64,000 bases of DNA, taken from the NCBI GenBank assembly GCA_043228905.1, contig JBHGNT010000018.1, positions 12,462,001-12,526,000 on the forward strand, read 5' to 3'. Position numbers and translations under genes: made by a program. The notes under the pieces are model-generated. The model searched no databases, was not told the origin of the DNA, and was given only the letters and a program-made list of their open reading frames with translations. This DNA is from Azolla caroliniana. Lineage: Eukaryota; Plantae; Polypodiophyta. Of this stretch, positions 23,918 through 35,832 are shown piece by piece (the stretch's first letter is position 1; each line of letters begins with the position of its first letter).

Positions 23918-26900
23918 TGTTACGAAGGCACTATGGCTCTTCTGTGTGCACAACGGATCGTGATGCGTTGTATCGTTTAGTGCTCAAGATAGAAAGGGAG
24001 GAGAAGGAGACTTACCTCTGTAGCAAAACAAAAGTTTCTATTCCATTACACGTAGAGCTCAACTCACTCTCGTTTGTTTTTCTGTTTTCTGTTCTTCTTA
24101 CAACTACTCTCTTACTCTTCTCTTCTATTTCCTACACTTACTTTTTACCTAAGTACATAAGTGACTTATATATGCAGCTAATTACCTTCCAGTAGCTAAT
24201 TAGTTGTCAATAGCTAAATAACTGTTTCACCTTTATGTCCACTAGTAGCTAATTAGCTAATAGCTACTATAGCTTATTTCTCAATAAGCATCACATACCT
24301 TTGGTGAGCTTGCTTCTCAACACTCCTCCTCAAGCTCAACTTAGCCTTTCTTCGCATCATCTTCAATCTTCTTTTCTTCATGCTTTTCAGCTACCATGCG
24401 GATGGTTATAACTCCCATCACGTCTCTAAACTGTGTATGTTTTTCCATGCTCAATCCCTTCGTAAGAATATAAGCAACTTGCTGATTTGTACTTACATAC
24501 AACAGATCCACTTCTCCATCAATCCTTTTTCCCTAACAAAGTGATAATGCACTTCAATGTGCTTTGTTCTTGCATGGAACACTAGAGTTTTTGCGAGCTG
24601 AATGTTGCTCATATTGTGACACCAAATTGTGACTCTACCATATATATATACTCTCCCAAATCAGAAAGCCATCTTCTGATCCATACCTCTTCACAGGTAG
24701 CTATTGCAACTCCTCTATATTCAAGTTCAGTACTTGATAGTGCAACAGTAGCTTGTTTCTTGCTACTCCATGAAATAGCTGCACTTCCCAATGTAAAAAT
24801 ATATCCACTTGTGGATCTTCTGTCAGTTCAATCAACATCTGTATATCCTTCCAATTTTATGTCCAAATCAGCCCTATAAAATAGTCCATAATTTTGAGTA
24901 GCTTTTACATACCTCAAAATTCTTCTTATGCAGTCCAAATGTGGCTTTGTTGGTTGTTGCATAAATTAGCTGACTAATCCAACAACATAACTCAAATTAG
25001 GTCTTGTTATAGTCAAATATATGAAGCTGCCCACCATAGACCTATATATGTTTACATATTCTATTTTGGCTCCCAAATCAGCCCTCAATTTGCAGTTCTT
25101 ATCTAGTTGTACACCAATAGGTTTGCATCCAAGCATACCATACTTTTTCAACATAGTTGTTGCATACTTTTTTTGCAACATATATATACCACTTTCAGAT
25201 TTGATCATCTCAATGTCGAGAAAGTATCTCAGCTCTCCCAAATCCTTCATATGAAATTGCATTTCAAGATTTTTTTCAGCTTCCTTATTTCATCCATAGA
25301 ATCACCTCTGATGATTAAATCATCTACATAAATAAAAATCACAACAATGCAATCATTTATCCTTTTTACATATAATGATGGATCAGCCTTTTGATGTTTT
25401 GAAAGCAAATTTTTTCAGAGATTCTAAAAGTTCCTTATGCCATGCCCTTGATGCTTGTTTCAATCCATAGAGAGCCTTTTTCAGCCTACATACATATTGT
25501 GGATGCTTCTTATCTTCAAAACCTGGTGGTTGACACATAAACACTTCTTCTTCTAAGTTACCATGTAAAAAAGCATTTTTTACATCCATATGGTGCAGAA
25601 CCCATCTTTTGGCTGCACTCACAGCAAGTAGTGTTCTCAATGTTGTCATCTTTGCAACTGGTTCAAATGTTTCATCATAATCAATACCTTGCATTTGGGC
25701 ATATCCCTTTGCCACAAGTCTTGCTTTATGTCTACTAACATTTCCATTGGAATCATGCTTTGTCTTGTAGACCCATTTGCAACCTACAACATTTTTTCCT
25801 TTCAGTAACTTTGCCAAATCCCATGTTCTATTTTCAGCCAATGCATCTATTTCTTCTTGCATTGCATTCACCCATTTCTTTTCAGATTTTGCTTCATCAA
25901 AACTTTCTAGATCAGGTATTTGTACCACTTTAGACATGTATGCATAATGCATAGCCATATATGTGTCATAACCAAATCTTTCAACAGTCTTTTTTCTCTC
26001 TATCTAATCTTCTCAGTTTCTGATTTGCATCTTTCATTGCCTTTTCCATACCAGGGATCTTCAAGGCTCTTATACCAAGCTCATCATCGAATGATGTATC
26101 TGGATCTACATCTTCCATGTTTCTAGACTCATCATCAAGCATTTCATATTCTAGCATTTTCTGTTTTCCCTTTTTATCATCATATTTTTTGTGTCTTGCA
26201 TTTTTTCCACTCCATGCATTAGATTCAGATTTACTACCTGAGCTTCCAAATGGTCCAGTACATTCCATTGATGTGGAACTTTGTTGTCCAACATTGTTTC
26301 CATCTCCCTGGCAATCTCTTCCATTTTCAAAATTTTCTCTGTCTTCATTTTCACAATCTTCATCAGTTTCTACATTCTCTTTTGGGCTGTACCAGCTACC
26401 CAACTCATCAAATATTACATCCAAACTTACCACAATTTTTTTTTTCAATGGGTTATAGCATCTATACCCTTTTTGCTCATCTGAATATCCAACAAAAACA
26501 CATTTTTCACCTTTTGAATCAAGCTTACTTCTCACATAGGCAAGGCATCCAAACACTTTTAAGTGTCCTAAACTCGGCTTTTTGCCATAGAAACATTCTT
26601 CAGGAGTTACTTCATGTACTCCAGATGTTATACATCTATTTACAATAAATTTTGTTCTGTTTACAGCTTCTGCCCAGTAATACAATGGCATATTCTTTCC
26701 AGTCATCATGGGTCTTGCTATGTTCACTAGAGTTCTATTCTTCCTCTCAACAACTCCATTTTGTTGTGGCGTATATCTACATGTAAACTATCTCCTTATT
26801 CCTTTATTGCATAGAAAGTCAAAAAATTCATTTGAGAAGTACTCTCCTCGTCCATCAGACCTTAAGCATTTTATTCTAGTTCCAGCCTGCTTTTCCATTA

Positions 26901-29185
26901 TACATTTAAACGTACGAAAGCAATCAAATACTTCACTTGTTTCTTTCATGAATTAAACCCATATTTTCCTTGAGCAATCATCAATAAATGTTACATAAAA
27001 CTTACATCCACTAATTGATGCATTTTTTGTTGGTCCCCATACATTTGTATGTACCAAATCCAACAAATTTTTGCTTACATGTCTTTCATGAGGGAAAGGC
27101 AACCTATTTTCCTTTCCATATTGACATGCTTCACATATTTTGCTCATCTCACAGTCTTTGAGCTTAGGCAATCCAACCACTACATTTTTCCTCAACATAT
27201 TTTTCAAGGTTTGCATACTTATGTGACCAATTCTTTTATGCCACATTTCCACATCTGAGATTACACTCATTCCTTCTGCAAACATGGTTGTAATCTTCCT
27301 AGGCATATCCACATCCAAAACAAACATTCTTCCTTGTCGTTTCCCTTTTGCAATGAGCTTTCCATTTTTCTCTATGAAGCATCCACTTTGCTTAAACTTA
27401 ACTTGCATTCCTTGCTCTACTATTTGTCCAACAGAAATCAGATTTTTTGCAAGATTTGGAACATGCATCACATTCAGCATATACTTTGTTTTTCCTTTCT
27501 CTTCCCACAATGGGATATCTCCAACATGCTCTATTTGGTGAGTAGTATTATCACCTGTCTGTACATAACCAGGAATCTTTGGTTCTCTTAGACTTTCAAA
27601 CCAGTTCACATGTCCTATCATATGATTAGATGCCCTAGAATCCACATACCACATAAACTCTTCATTGCATCTCCGTGAACATTCAGCTATTGTTGCTGTT
27701 TCATGTTGCACCACAAATGCACCATCTTTATCACAGTCTTAACTAGTTTAAGCATAGTTATTTTGTTGTCTCTTCCCTCATTTTTCATCATTTTGCTTTT
27801 AATAGCATTCAACCTATGTATGGCCTAGTTTTCCACAATACCAACAACCATCATCATTCAAATAAGTTTGCTTACCTCTGCCTCGATTGCTCCCCCTGCC
27901 TCTGATGTTGTTTCTTCCACTTACAACATGTTGTCCTCTTCCTTGATAATTGTTATCTTCCATGGCCTCTTCCTCGGCGTCTTCCAGCACTATTGTAGAG
28001 GGCTTGCCCCTCGGTCTCAAAGTTTCCTTTGTTTACATCATCCATCTAATTTCTTTCTTCCACTACAAGCATTGAAACTAGATCTGGAAAACTTGGGATG
28101 CTATCCCTTGTGAGAATTGATGTTTTGAAGCTTTTATATTGAGGTCCTAAGCCTCTTAAGCATATTTCCACCTTATCATCATCATCTTCTATCTTCACAT
28201 TGATAGAAGCAAGTGATTCACATATGCTCTTTATTTTCAGAGCATACTCATTCACTAACATCTTACCTTTTTACAAGGTATTTAGCTCAATCTTCACCTG
28301 AAGCTTTCTAGCCTTTGTGTTCACTGCAAACAGTTTTACTAAACTATCCCAAGCTTCTTTTGGAAGCATAGCATCCTGTATGTGTCCAAGCATCGAATGT
28401 GAGATGCTAAATGAGAGTCAATGCACTACCTTTCTTGCCCCTTGATTCCATTCCTTAAATTCTTTAATATGTGCAGCAGTTGCATTTTCTTCAGGGATCT
28501 CTGGAGCCTCTTCTAGGTCTCCTTCAATGTAATCCCAATATCCTTTTCCCATCAGGAAATTTGTCATTCTGAATTTCCACGCCGGGAAATTGTTTTTATC
28601 TAATTTTTCTGTGACTATTTGGCTTCCATTCTCAATAGCCATTTTCTCTTCCAAATTAGGGCTTTTGCTACAATTACTTCAACAAGCAACTCTTTGATTC
28701 AGATTAGCAAATAGAGAAAAAACCTTTCTCAGATCAGTACTGTTCTAACCTTCTTTATGAGCAACTCTGCTCTGATACCATGTTACGAAGGCACTACGGC
28801 TCTTCTGTGTGCACAATGGATCGTGATGTGTTGGATCGTTTAGTGTTCTAGACAGAAAGGGAGGGGAAGCAGACTTACCTCTGTAGCAAAACAAAAGCTT
28901 CTATTCCATTACACGCCGAGGTCAACTCACTCTCGTCTGTTTTTCTGTTTTCTGTTCTTCTTACAACTACTCTCTTACTCTTCTCTTCTACTTCCTACAT
29001 TTACTTTTTACCTAAGTACATAAGTGACTTATATATGCAGCTAATTTGCTATTTGTCGCTAAATAGCTGTCAGTACCTAAATAGCTATTTCACCTTTATG
29101 TCCACTAGTAGCTAATTAGCTAATAGCTACTGTAGCTTATTTCTCAATAAGCATCACATACCTTTGTTGAGCTTGCTTCTCAACA
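23918..29185 (-). mobile_element. Full-length AT-rich Copia element F
   Basis: 405-bp LTRs at 23918-24322 and 28781-29185; TSD CTCCC/GTCCC; PBS TGGTATCAGAGC 28769-28780; PPT next to 24322. Confidence 0.95.
24400..28654 (-). pseudogene. Element F gag-pol, disrupted
   Basis: gag, CWYCGKLGH knuckle, WYVDS protease, INT, RT (HMDVKNAF) and RH (SSKKQ) in several fragments. Confidence 0.92.
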
Positions 29186-29220
29186 GTCCCTCCGTGGGAT
29201 CATTGCTCGACGCTTGTTGT

Positions 29221-30461
29221 TGTCACCGGGCTGGACAAGCCCCTAACACAAGGTGTCCCTTTGGAACACTTCACCGAAGGGCTGGTATGGTAAGGAATGT
29301 GCAGACCATGATACAGGACTGATCCTTCCCAGTTATTATCCGGAATGATTAACTTGATACACGCGTATGATAATCACATTAAGCACAGAACAATATTAAC
29401 AAGATACACAATACGTAAAGACACAACACCTCTCTATTATTTATCCGTCTCTAATTACATCATCTACGGATCCTTTTGTAGGTATCCGACTGTGCTATAA
29501 ACTAGTGCCAACCGGCAACCGGTTCAGATCCAGATCAACATACCGATTCCAGTTCTGTCCATCCGATGTTATAAATATCATAGTTTATCTAATTACAATT
29601 CCCAAAACTGACTCCCCTTTCATACTCTGGCCGAACTAGCCAACACATGGCACGCCCGTGGGACAATACATTGTACGTTGAACCCACGGTTAGCCCCTTC
29701 ATTCATCCTCCAAAATGTCCAAAATGCTCTGGTCTATGAGTTCCAATGGTTCATCGGGTAACTCTTGTTCCATCGGCTACTGTTGTTGCTCCTCCGGTTG
29801 TAGTTGCTATTGTTGTTGTTGGTCTTTGGCCTGCTCTTCCTCTCCGGCTCTATCCGTATCCGGCTCTACTAGTCTCAGTACTTCTGACTCCGGCTCCTCC
29901 TGCTGCTGCACTGGGGCTTTGTCTGGCTCCTCCGGTCTGACTTCTTCTGGTTTTTCTACTCGGGCTTCGTTTGGTTGGCCTCCTTTGGTCCCGGCTACAT
30001 TCGGTGGTTGCTATGGAGATTGCTCTACATCACTCATGTTAATTGCCGCCGACATTTGCGATGCTATTTGCTAACTTTGCTCCCGTTCGTATCGCTCGAG
30101 CTAGAGTTGAGTGCCAAGTTGGTCATCATCCAGCTGTTGTACTAGCCGCCTTACAGCCGCCTATTGTTCCCTTGTCAGGGACAAGAAATCATCTGACAAC
30201 TCCTCCTAGATGGTTACAATACTCTTTGCATCCATCTTGTAGATGTTGTCACCATCCTTTCTCCGATTTTCCGCATCCGCTCGCAACGTCTGTAATTCCG
30301 CCGCCTGTTGTGCCCATTTTGTTCGTTCTTTCCATGCACTAAGCTTTCACCAATCATACTCTTTGTTCGTTCTTTCCATGCCAGCACGATGGCACGGAGC
30401 CGGCCGAGCCCCATCTTGGATTTGTCCTCCACAGCATGCTTTTCCTCCTTTAATTTCTTTA
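29221..30461 (-). mobile_element. PPT-less LTR element L3, 3' part (LTR 29221-29645); nested in L2 and cut by H
   Basis: LTR TGTCACC...CCAACA; ORF tail LPDEPLELIDQSILDILEDE* (stop 29699-29701); motif at 29648-29687. Confidence 0.78.
29648..29687 (-). other. tRNA-Arg(UCU)-like hairpin/CCA motif in the PPT position (L3)
   Basis: Minus strand GTGGGTTCAA-CGTACAATGTATT-GTCCCACGGGCGTGCCA-TG-LTR. Confidence 0.82.
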
Positions 30462-30709
30462 TGTTGAGAGACAATCTCAACATCAGCCGGATCGGCTGAA
30501 GAAGACGAGGACCGGATCAGTTGGGACCGATCGGTTAGGCCAAATGCGTAAACTGGTACGCAGACCGGTGCGTAGGTAGGGCCGGATCGGTGCGTAAACC
30601 GGGAGGCCGTTAGGAAAGATATTCCGTGAGGAATATGTTGGGAAACAGGTCCCTCCAGATGGGAAGGAAGAAGAACAGTGCCGATGAACAAACTCGGCCG
30701 AAACCGTAT

Positions 30710-30872
30710 GAGGAGGACCCGGCTACGGAGAGCCGGATGGTGTAGGCCCGGTATGAACCGGATGAGGAGTGCCCGGCTACGGAGAGCCGGATGGTGCAGG
30801 CCCGGTATGAACCGGATGAGGAGTACCCGGCTACGGAGAGCCGGATGGTGCAGGCCCGGTATGAACCAGGTG
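30710..30872 (+). repeat. 3 x 54-bp tandem repeat in U3 of the G LTR (also about 35475-35637)
   Basis: GGCTACGGAGAGCCGGATGG recurs at 30721, 30775 and 30829. Confidence 0.95.
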
Positions 30873-31357
30873 AAGAGACATATTCGTAAATATGTTTCTG
30901 AGAGCCCATCGAGGCTACATTTGTAAATAGCCGAAAAGTCATATTAGTATAAATATGACTTAGGGCAAACTTTTAACTGTGGTTGTCATTTTTCCTTGTT
31001 GGTGCAAGAAGAAGAGAGAGCACGTAATAGTGTACAAAGAGAGAGAGAGAGAGAATGAGGTCGTTGCCTCTGTTGTAACCGCCGCGTGTGGCGAAGATCT
31101 GTGAGCACGAGGTCGTTGCCTCAGTGAACTCACTGTTGTACATTCTCACATAGTGACAGTTTGCAGCCTGGGGACTGCCGTGGTTTTTCCCTCTTTGGGT
31201 TTTTCCACGTAAACCTCCTGTGTATCTTCCTCTCCTTTGTGTAGTGTTTTATTTCCCGTTTTCTGTGTATCATTCTACGCTCGGTTGTGGCCGAGCGGAG
31301 CGCATAAGGAACATTGGGTTCCCGTCAAGTGGTATCAGAGCAAAATCGACACAGAAA

Positions 31358-34300
31358 ATGGACGAATCATTTGGCGGCATGTTCAAGCTCACCGGCTCCA
31401 ATTATTCAGTATGGAAGTCGAAGATGAGGGACATGCTCGTTGTTAAAGACCTCTGGCTGCCGGTTCAGTTCGGGGACAAGAGACCGGACAAAATCGACGC
31501 CGCGATATGGGAGGTGATGCACATGAAGACAACGGCGTACATACGGTGCTTCATCGACATGAGCCTGTACAACAACTTCAATGAAGAGAGCAAGGCTCAT
31601 GAGCTCTGGGAGAAGATCGGCATAATGTTTCAAAAGAAAAATGCTGTTAATCAGGTTTCGGTATTCTGGAAGCTAGTAAGACTCCGGTACCAAGATGGCT
31701 CCAGCATGGCGGAGCATATGAATGCCTTCCAGGGGCTGATACACCAGGCAACGTCATTGGAAGTACCTCTTGCCGATGAGGTACTAGCGCTACTCCTGCT
31801 CGGTTCCCTCCCGGATAGTTGGGAGACGTTGGTTGTCACTTTGGGCAACGCCGGGACGGAAGGAAAACGGTTATCCCTAGCAAGAGTAAAGTCGAGCTTG
31901 CTAGATGAGGAGGCGCGTCGGAAAGACAAAGATACGAGCTCTGACTCCAAAGCGCTTCTTACCGAATCGGAACGCGGAAGACATAGAAACCGTAGTCCAC
32001 AGAACCGGGAGAAGTCGGGGACACGGTCAAAGTCAAGGGGGAGGCCTACTTGCTTCTATTGCGGCAAGCCGGGACACTTCCAAAAGAACTGTCGGCATTT
32101 CCGTAAAGACAAGGAAACCGACGGTACCGATTCGAAGCAAACCCCGGACCAGAACGGTAAAGACCGGAGGGGGCCTGACCGGAAGGGAACGACGGCAATC
32201 GCGGCAAGTGAAGAAGAGTTGATGCTCATCACCGAGGAGAGTGAGATAAACCTTGCTGGCGACGAGATGACCTGGGTGGTAGACTCCGGAGCGTCGTTCC
32301 ACCTTACCCCGGACCAGAAATGCTTCTCATCCTACTCAGCCGGTGACCACGGCTGTGTCCGGATGGGGAATGAAGGTACATGCCAAATTGTCGGCATAGG
32401 AGACGTGTGGTTAACAACACCAACCGGATGCAAGTTGCTGCTGAAAGATGTCCGACACGTTCCGGAAGTTCGTTTGAACCTGATATCAGCCGGTCGGCTA
32501 GATGATGAAGGCTACACGGGCAGCATCCGGAACGGTGTCATGAAGTTCAGCAAAGGGAGCCTGATTGTGGCTCGGGCCCGGAAGGTAAACACACTGTACC
32601 TGATGAATGCCCGGTTATGTCTGGAAGAAGTGAACGTGGCATCCGACACTGCCGGTGAGCTGTGGCACAAGAGGCTGTGTCATATGAGCAAGAAGGGGAT
32701 GAAGAGGCTTGCAGACGACAACCTCATTCCAGTGAAGAACGTGCACTGATTGTCTCGCCGGTAAGCAGAACCGGACCTCCTTCCGACCAAGGCCACCGAT
32801 GAGACGTAATGCACCACTGGAGTTGGTGCATACGGATGTGTGTCAAGTAGACACGAAGTCACATGCCGGAGCGCAGTACTTCGTGACGTTCATAGATGAC
32901 CACAGCCGGAAGTTGTGGGCCACACCGCTGAAGACGAAGGATCAGGTGTTATCCATCTTCAAAGACCTCCACGCGAGAGTGGAAAGAGAAACCGGCCGGA
33001 AGCTGAAGGCGGTTCGAGCAGATAATGGAGGAGAATACCGGGGGCAGTTCGAGGAGTATTGCCGCTCGAAAGGAATCCAGCTCGAATTTACCGTGCCGAA
33101 GACGCCGAAACTAAACGGACTGGCCGAGAGGATGAACCGGACCATAATGGAGAGGGTTCGGAGTATGCTAGCGCATGCAAAACTACCCAAGAAGTTTTGG
33201 GCTGAGGCACTGTCGACGGCGACATACGTGATAAATAGATCACCCTCAGTACCCTTGGACGGAGACACGCCACAGAGAGTATGGACCGGTAAGGAAGTGT
33301 CCTACCGGCATCTGAGGGTGTTCGGGTGTCTCGCGTACGTGCATATAGCAAAGGACCGGAGAGGAAAGTTAGATCCAAAGACCTGGCCATGCATATTCCT
33401 CGGTTACGGTGACGATGAGTTCGGCTACCAAGTGTGGGACCCGGTCGACAAGAAGGTATTCCGGAGTCGAGATATTATCTTCATGGAGGACAAGACGCTC
33501 GCCGACTGGGAGTCGGAGAAGAAGATAATGAACTCCGAGTCGACCGGTAAGGATAGACTCTACGATGAGCAGACCCAACCGGCAAGAGACCGGTCAACAC
33601 TTGAGGAACCAGTCGGTTACGGTGAGGATACCGAACCGGCAGAAGAAGAAGTAGAGGAAGCTGAGACCGGAACCGGTCAAGACCCCGAATCGGATTCGGA
33701 TGAAGAGCAAATGGAGGAGTCGGTTACCGAAGCCTGAAGACGTAGATATCCTCTCAGAGAGAGAAGGGCGCCCCGGAGATTTCTGGATGTAGAGCATGTG
33801 CTGCTGACCGATGAGGGAGAGCCGAAAAGCTTCGAAGAAGCCAAGGAGGACACCCACAGCCGAAAATGGTTAAGTGCCATGCAGGATGAGATGGATTCCC
33901 CGCATGAGAACCATACGTACGAATTGGTGGAGTTGCCGAAAGGAAAGCGGGCACTCCGAAACAAGTGGGTGTACAAGTTGAAACCGGGAGATGCCAGCAA
34001 CCCCCCGAGATACAAAGCCAGAATCGTGGTGAAGGGGTTCCAGCAGAAGAAGGGCGTGGACTTCGACGAGATATTTGCCCCGGTAGTAAAGATGACCTCC
34101 ATCCGGACGGTGTTGAGTATAGCAGCAAGCATGGACCTCGAGGTAGAGCAGCTGGACGTGAAGACGACATTCCTTCACGGCGACCTCGAAGAGGAGATCT
34201 ACATGCAGCTACCGGAAGGATTCGTGGAGAAAGGGAAGGAGCACCTGGTATGCCGGTTGAAGAAGAGCCTGTACGGAATGAAGCAGGCTCCCCCGTCAAT

Positions 34301-35387
34301 GGTACCGGAAGTTCGACTCTTTCATGACCGATCAAGGGTACCACAAGACGCAGGCCGATCACTGCGTGTTTGTGAAGAAGTTCGAAGGAGGAGACTTCTT
34401 GATACTTCTCCTGTACGTGGATGACATGTTGATCGTCGGACGAGACCAAGTAAAAATACGGATGCTGAAGAAGGCTCTAAACCGGACCTTCTCAATGAAA
34501 GACTTGGGTCCGGCAAGACAGATGTTGGGGATGCACATCATTCGGGACCGGTTAAAGAAGCAACTATGGCTGTCACAGGAGAAGTATGTGACAAAGGTGC
34601 TTCACCGGTTCAACATGTCAGAAGCGAAACCGGTCGGATCGACACTTCCGGCAAACTGCAGGCTATCCGGCAAGCATAGCCCAAAGACAAAAGGAGAGAA
34701 GGCAGATATGATGAAGATTCCATATGCCTCTGCCGTCGGGAGCTTGATGTACGCAATGGTTTGTACCCGACCGGATATTGGATACGCAGTCGAAGTGGTG
34801 AGCCGGTTCATGAGTAATCCCGGCAAGGAGCACTGGAACGCAGTCAAATGGATACTCCGGTATTTGAAGGGCACTTCAAATATGTGTCTCCGATCGGCTC
34901 CAGAAAACCTCAACTGGACGGTTTCACCAATTCGGACATGTCGGTTGATGTGGATACCAGCCGGTCTACATCCGGGTATGTGATGACATATGCAGGGGGA
35001 GCTGTTTCGTGGCAGTCGAGGCTGCAGAAGACAGTTGCATTGTCAACCACAGAGGCGGAGTACATGGCGGCTGTGGAAGCCGGCAGGGAAATATTCTGGA
35101 TGAAGGACTTCATCGGAGAGCTCGGTATCCGGCAAGAGGAATACCGACTCTATTGCGACAGTCAAAGTGCCATCCACCTTGCTAAGAATGCGGCCTACCA
35201 TTCTCGGACGAAGCATATCCAGCGAAGATATCACTGGATCCGGGAAAGAGTAGATGACCAGGAGTTCGCACTGACGAAGATCCACACGGCCGAGAACGGG
35301 TCAGATATGCTGACCAAAGTGCTGACACCCGACAAGTTGGACGCATGCCGGAAGCGGATCGGACTGGTAAGACATCCCATGCCGTAG
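31358..35387 (+). pseudogene. Element G gag-pol with about 4 lesions
   Basis: CFYCGKPGHF knuckle, VVDSGAS, HTDVC, QLDVKT, YVDDML, RTKHI. Frameshifts at about 32747, 34295 and 34890; stop at 33735. Confidence 0.95.
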
Positions 35388-35800
35388 TGAAGGGGGAGTT
35401 TGTTGGGAAACAGATCCCTCCGGATGGGAAGGAAGAAGAACAGTGCCGATGAACAAACTCAGCCGAAACCGTATGAGGAGGACCCGGCTACGGAGAGCCG
35501 GATGGTGCAGGCCCGGTATGAACCGGATGAGGAGTGCCCGGCTACGGAGAGCCGGATGGTGCAGGCCCGGTATGAACCGGATGAGGAGTACTCGGCTACG
35601 GAGAGCCGGATGGTGCAGGCCCGGTATGAACCAGATGAAGAGACATATTCGTAAATATGTTTCTGAGAGCCCATCGAGGCTATATTTGTAAATAGCCGAA
35701 AAGTCATATTAGTATAAATATGATTTAGGGCAAACTTTTAACTGTGGTTGTCATTTTTCCTTGTTGGTGCAAGAAGAAGAGAGAGCACGTAATAGTGTAC

Positions 35801-35832
<32 letters not shown>

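Larger units (their letters stand above)
23187..29220 (-). mobile_element. PPT-less LTR element L2, 3' part (LTR 23187-23689); interrupted by F, then L3
   Basis: LTR TGTTACC...CCAACA with minus-strand TATA-TTGTAA-U5 order; ORF tail PNILDI..DE*; tRNA-like motif at 23692-23731. Confidence 0.75.

Noticed and set aside
29648-29687. A tRNA-Arg gene or tRNA-derived SINE
   Set aside because: Only a T-arm/acceptor 3' part with an insertion and an encoded CCA is present. There is no D-arm, anticodon arm or A-box, and it is always fixed next to an LTR.
30610-30942. ORFs with 18-aa repeats (also 35400-35707)
   Set aside because: They are translations of the 54-bp LTR tandem repeat.
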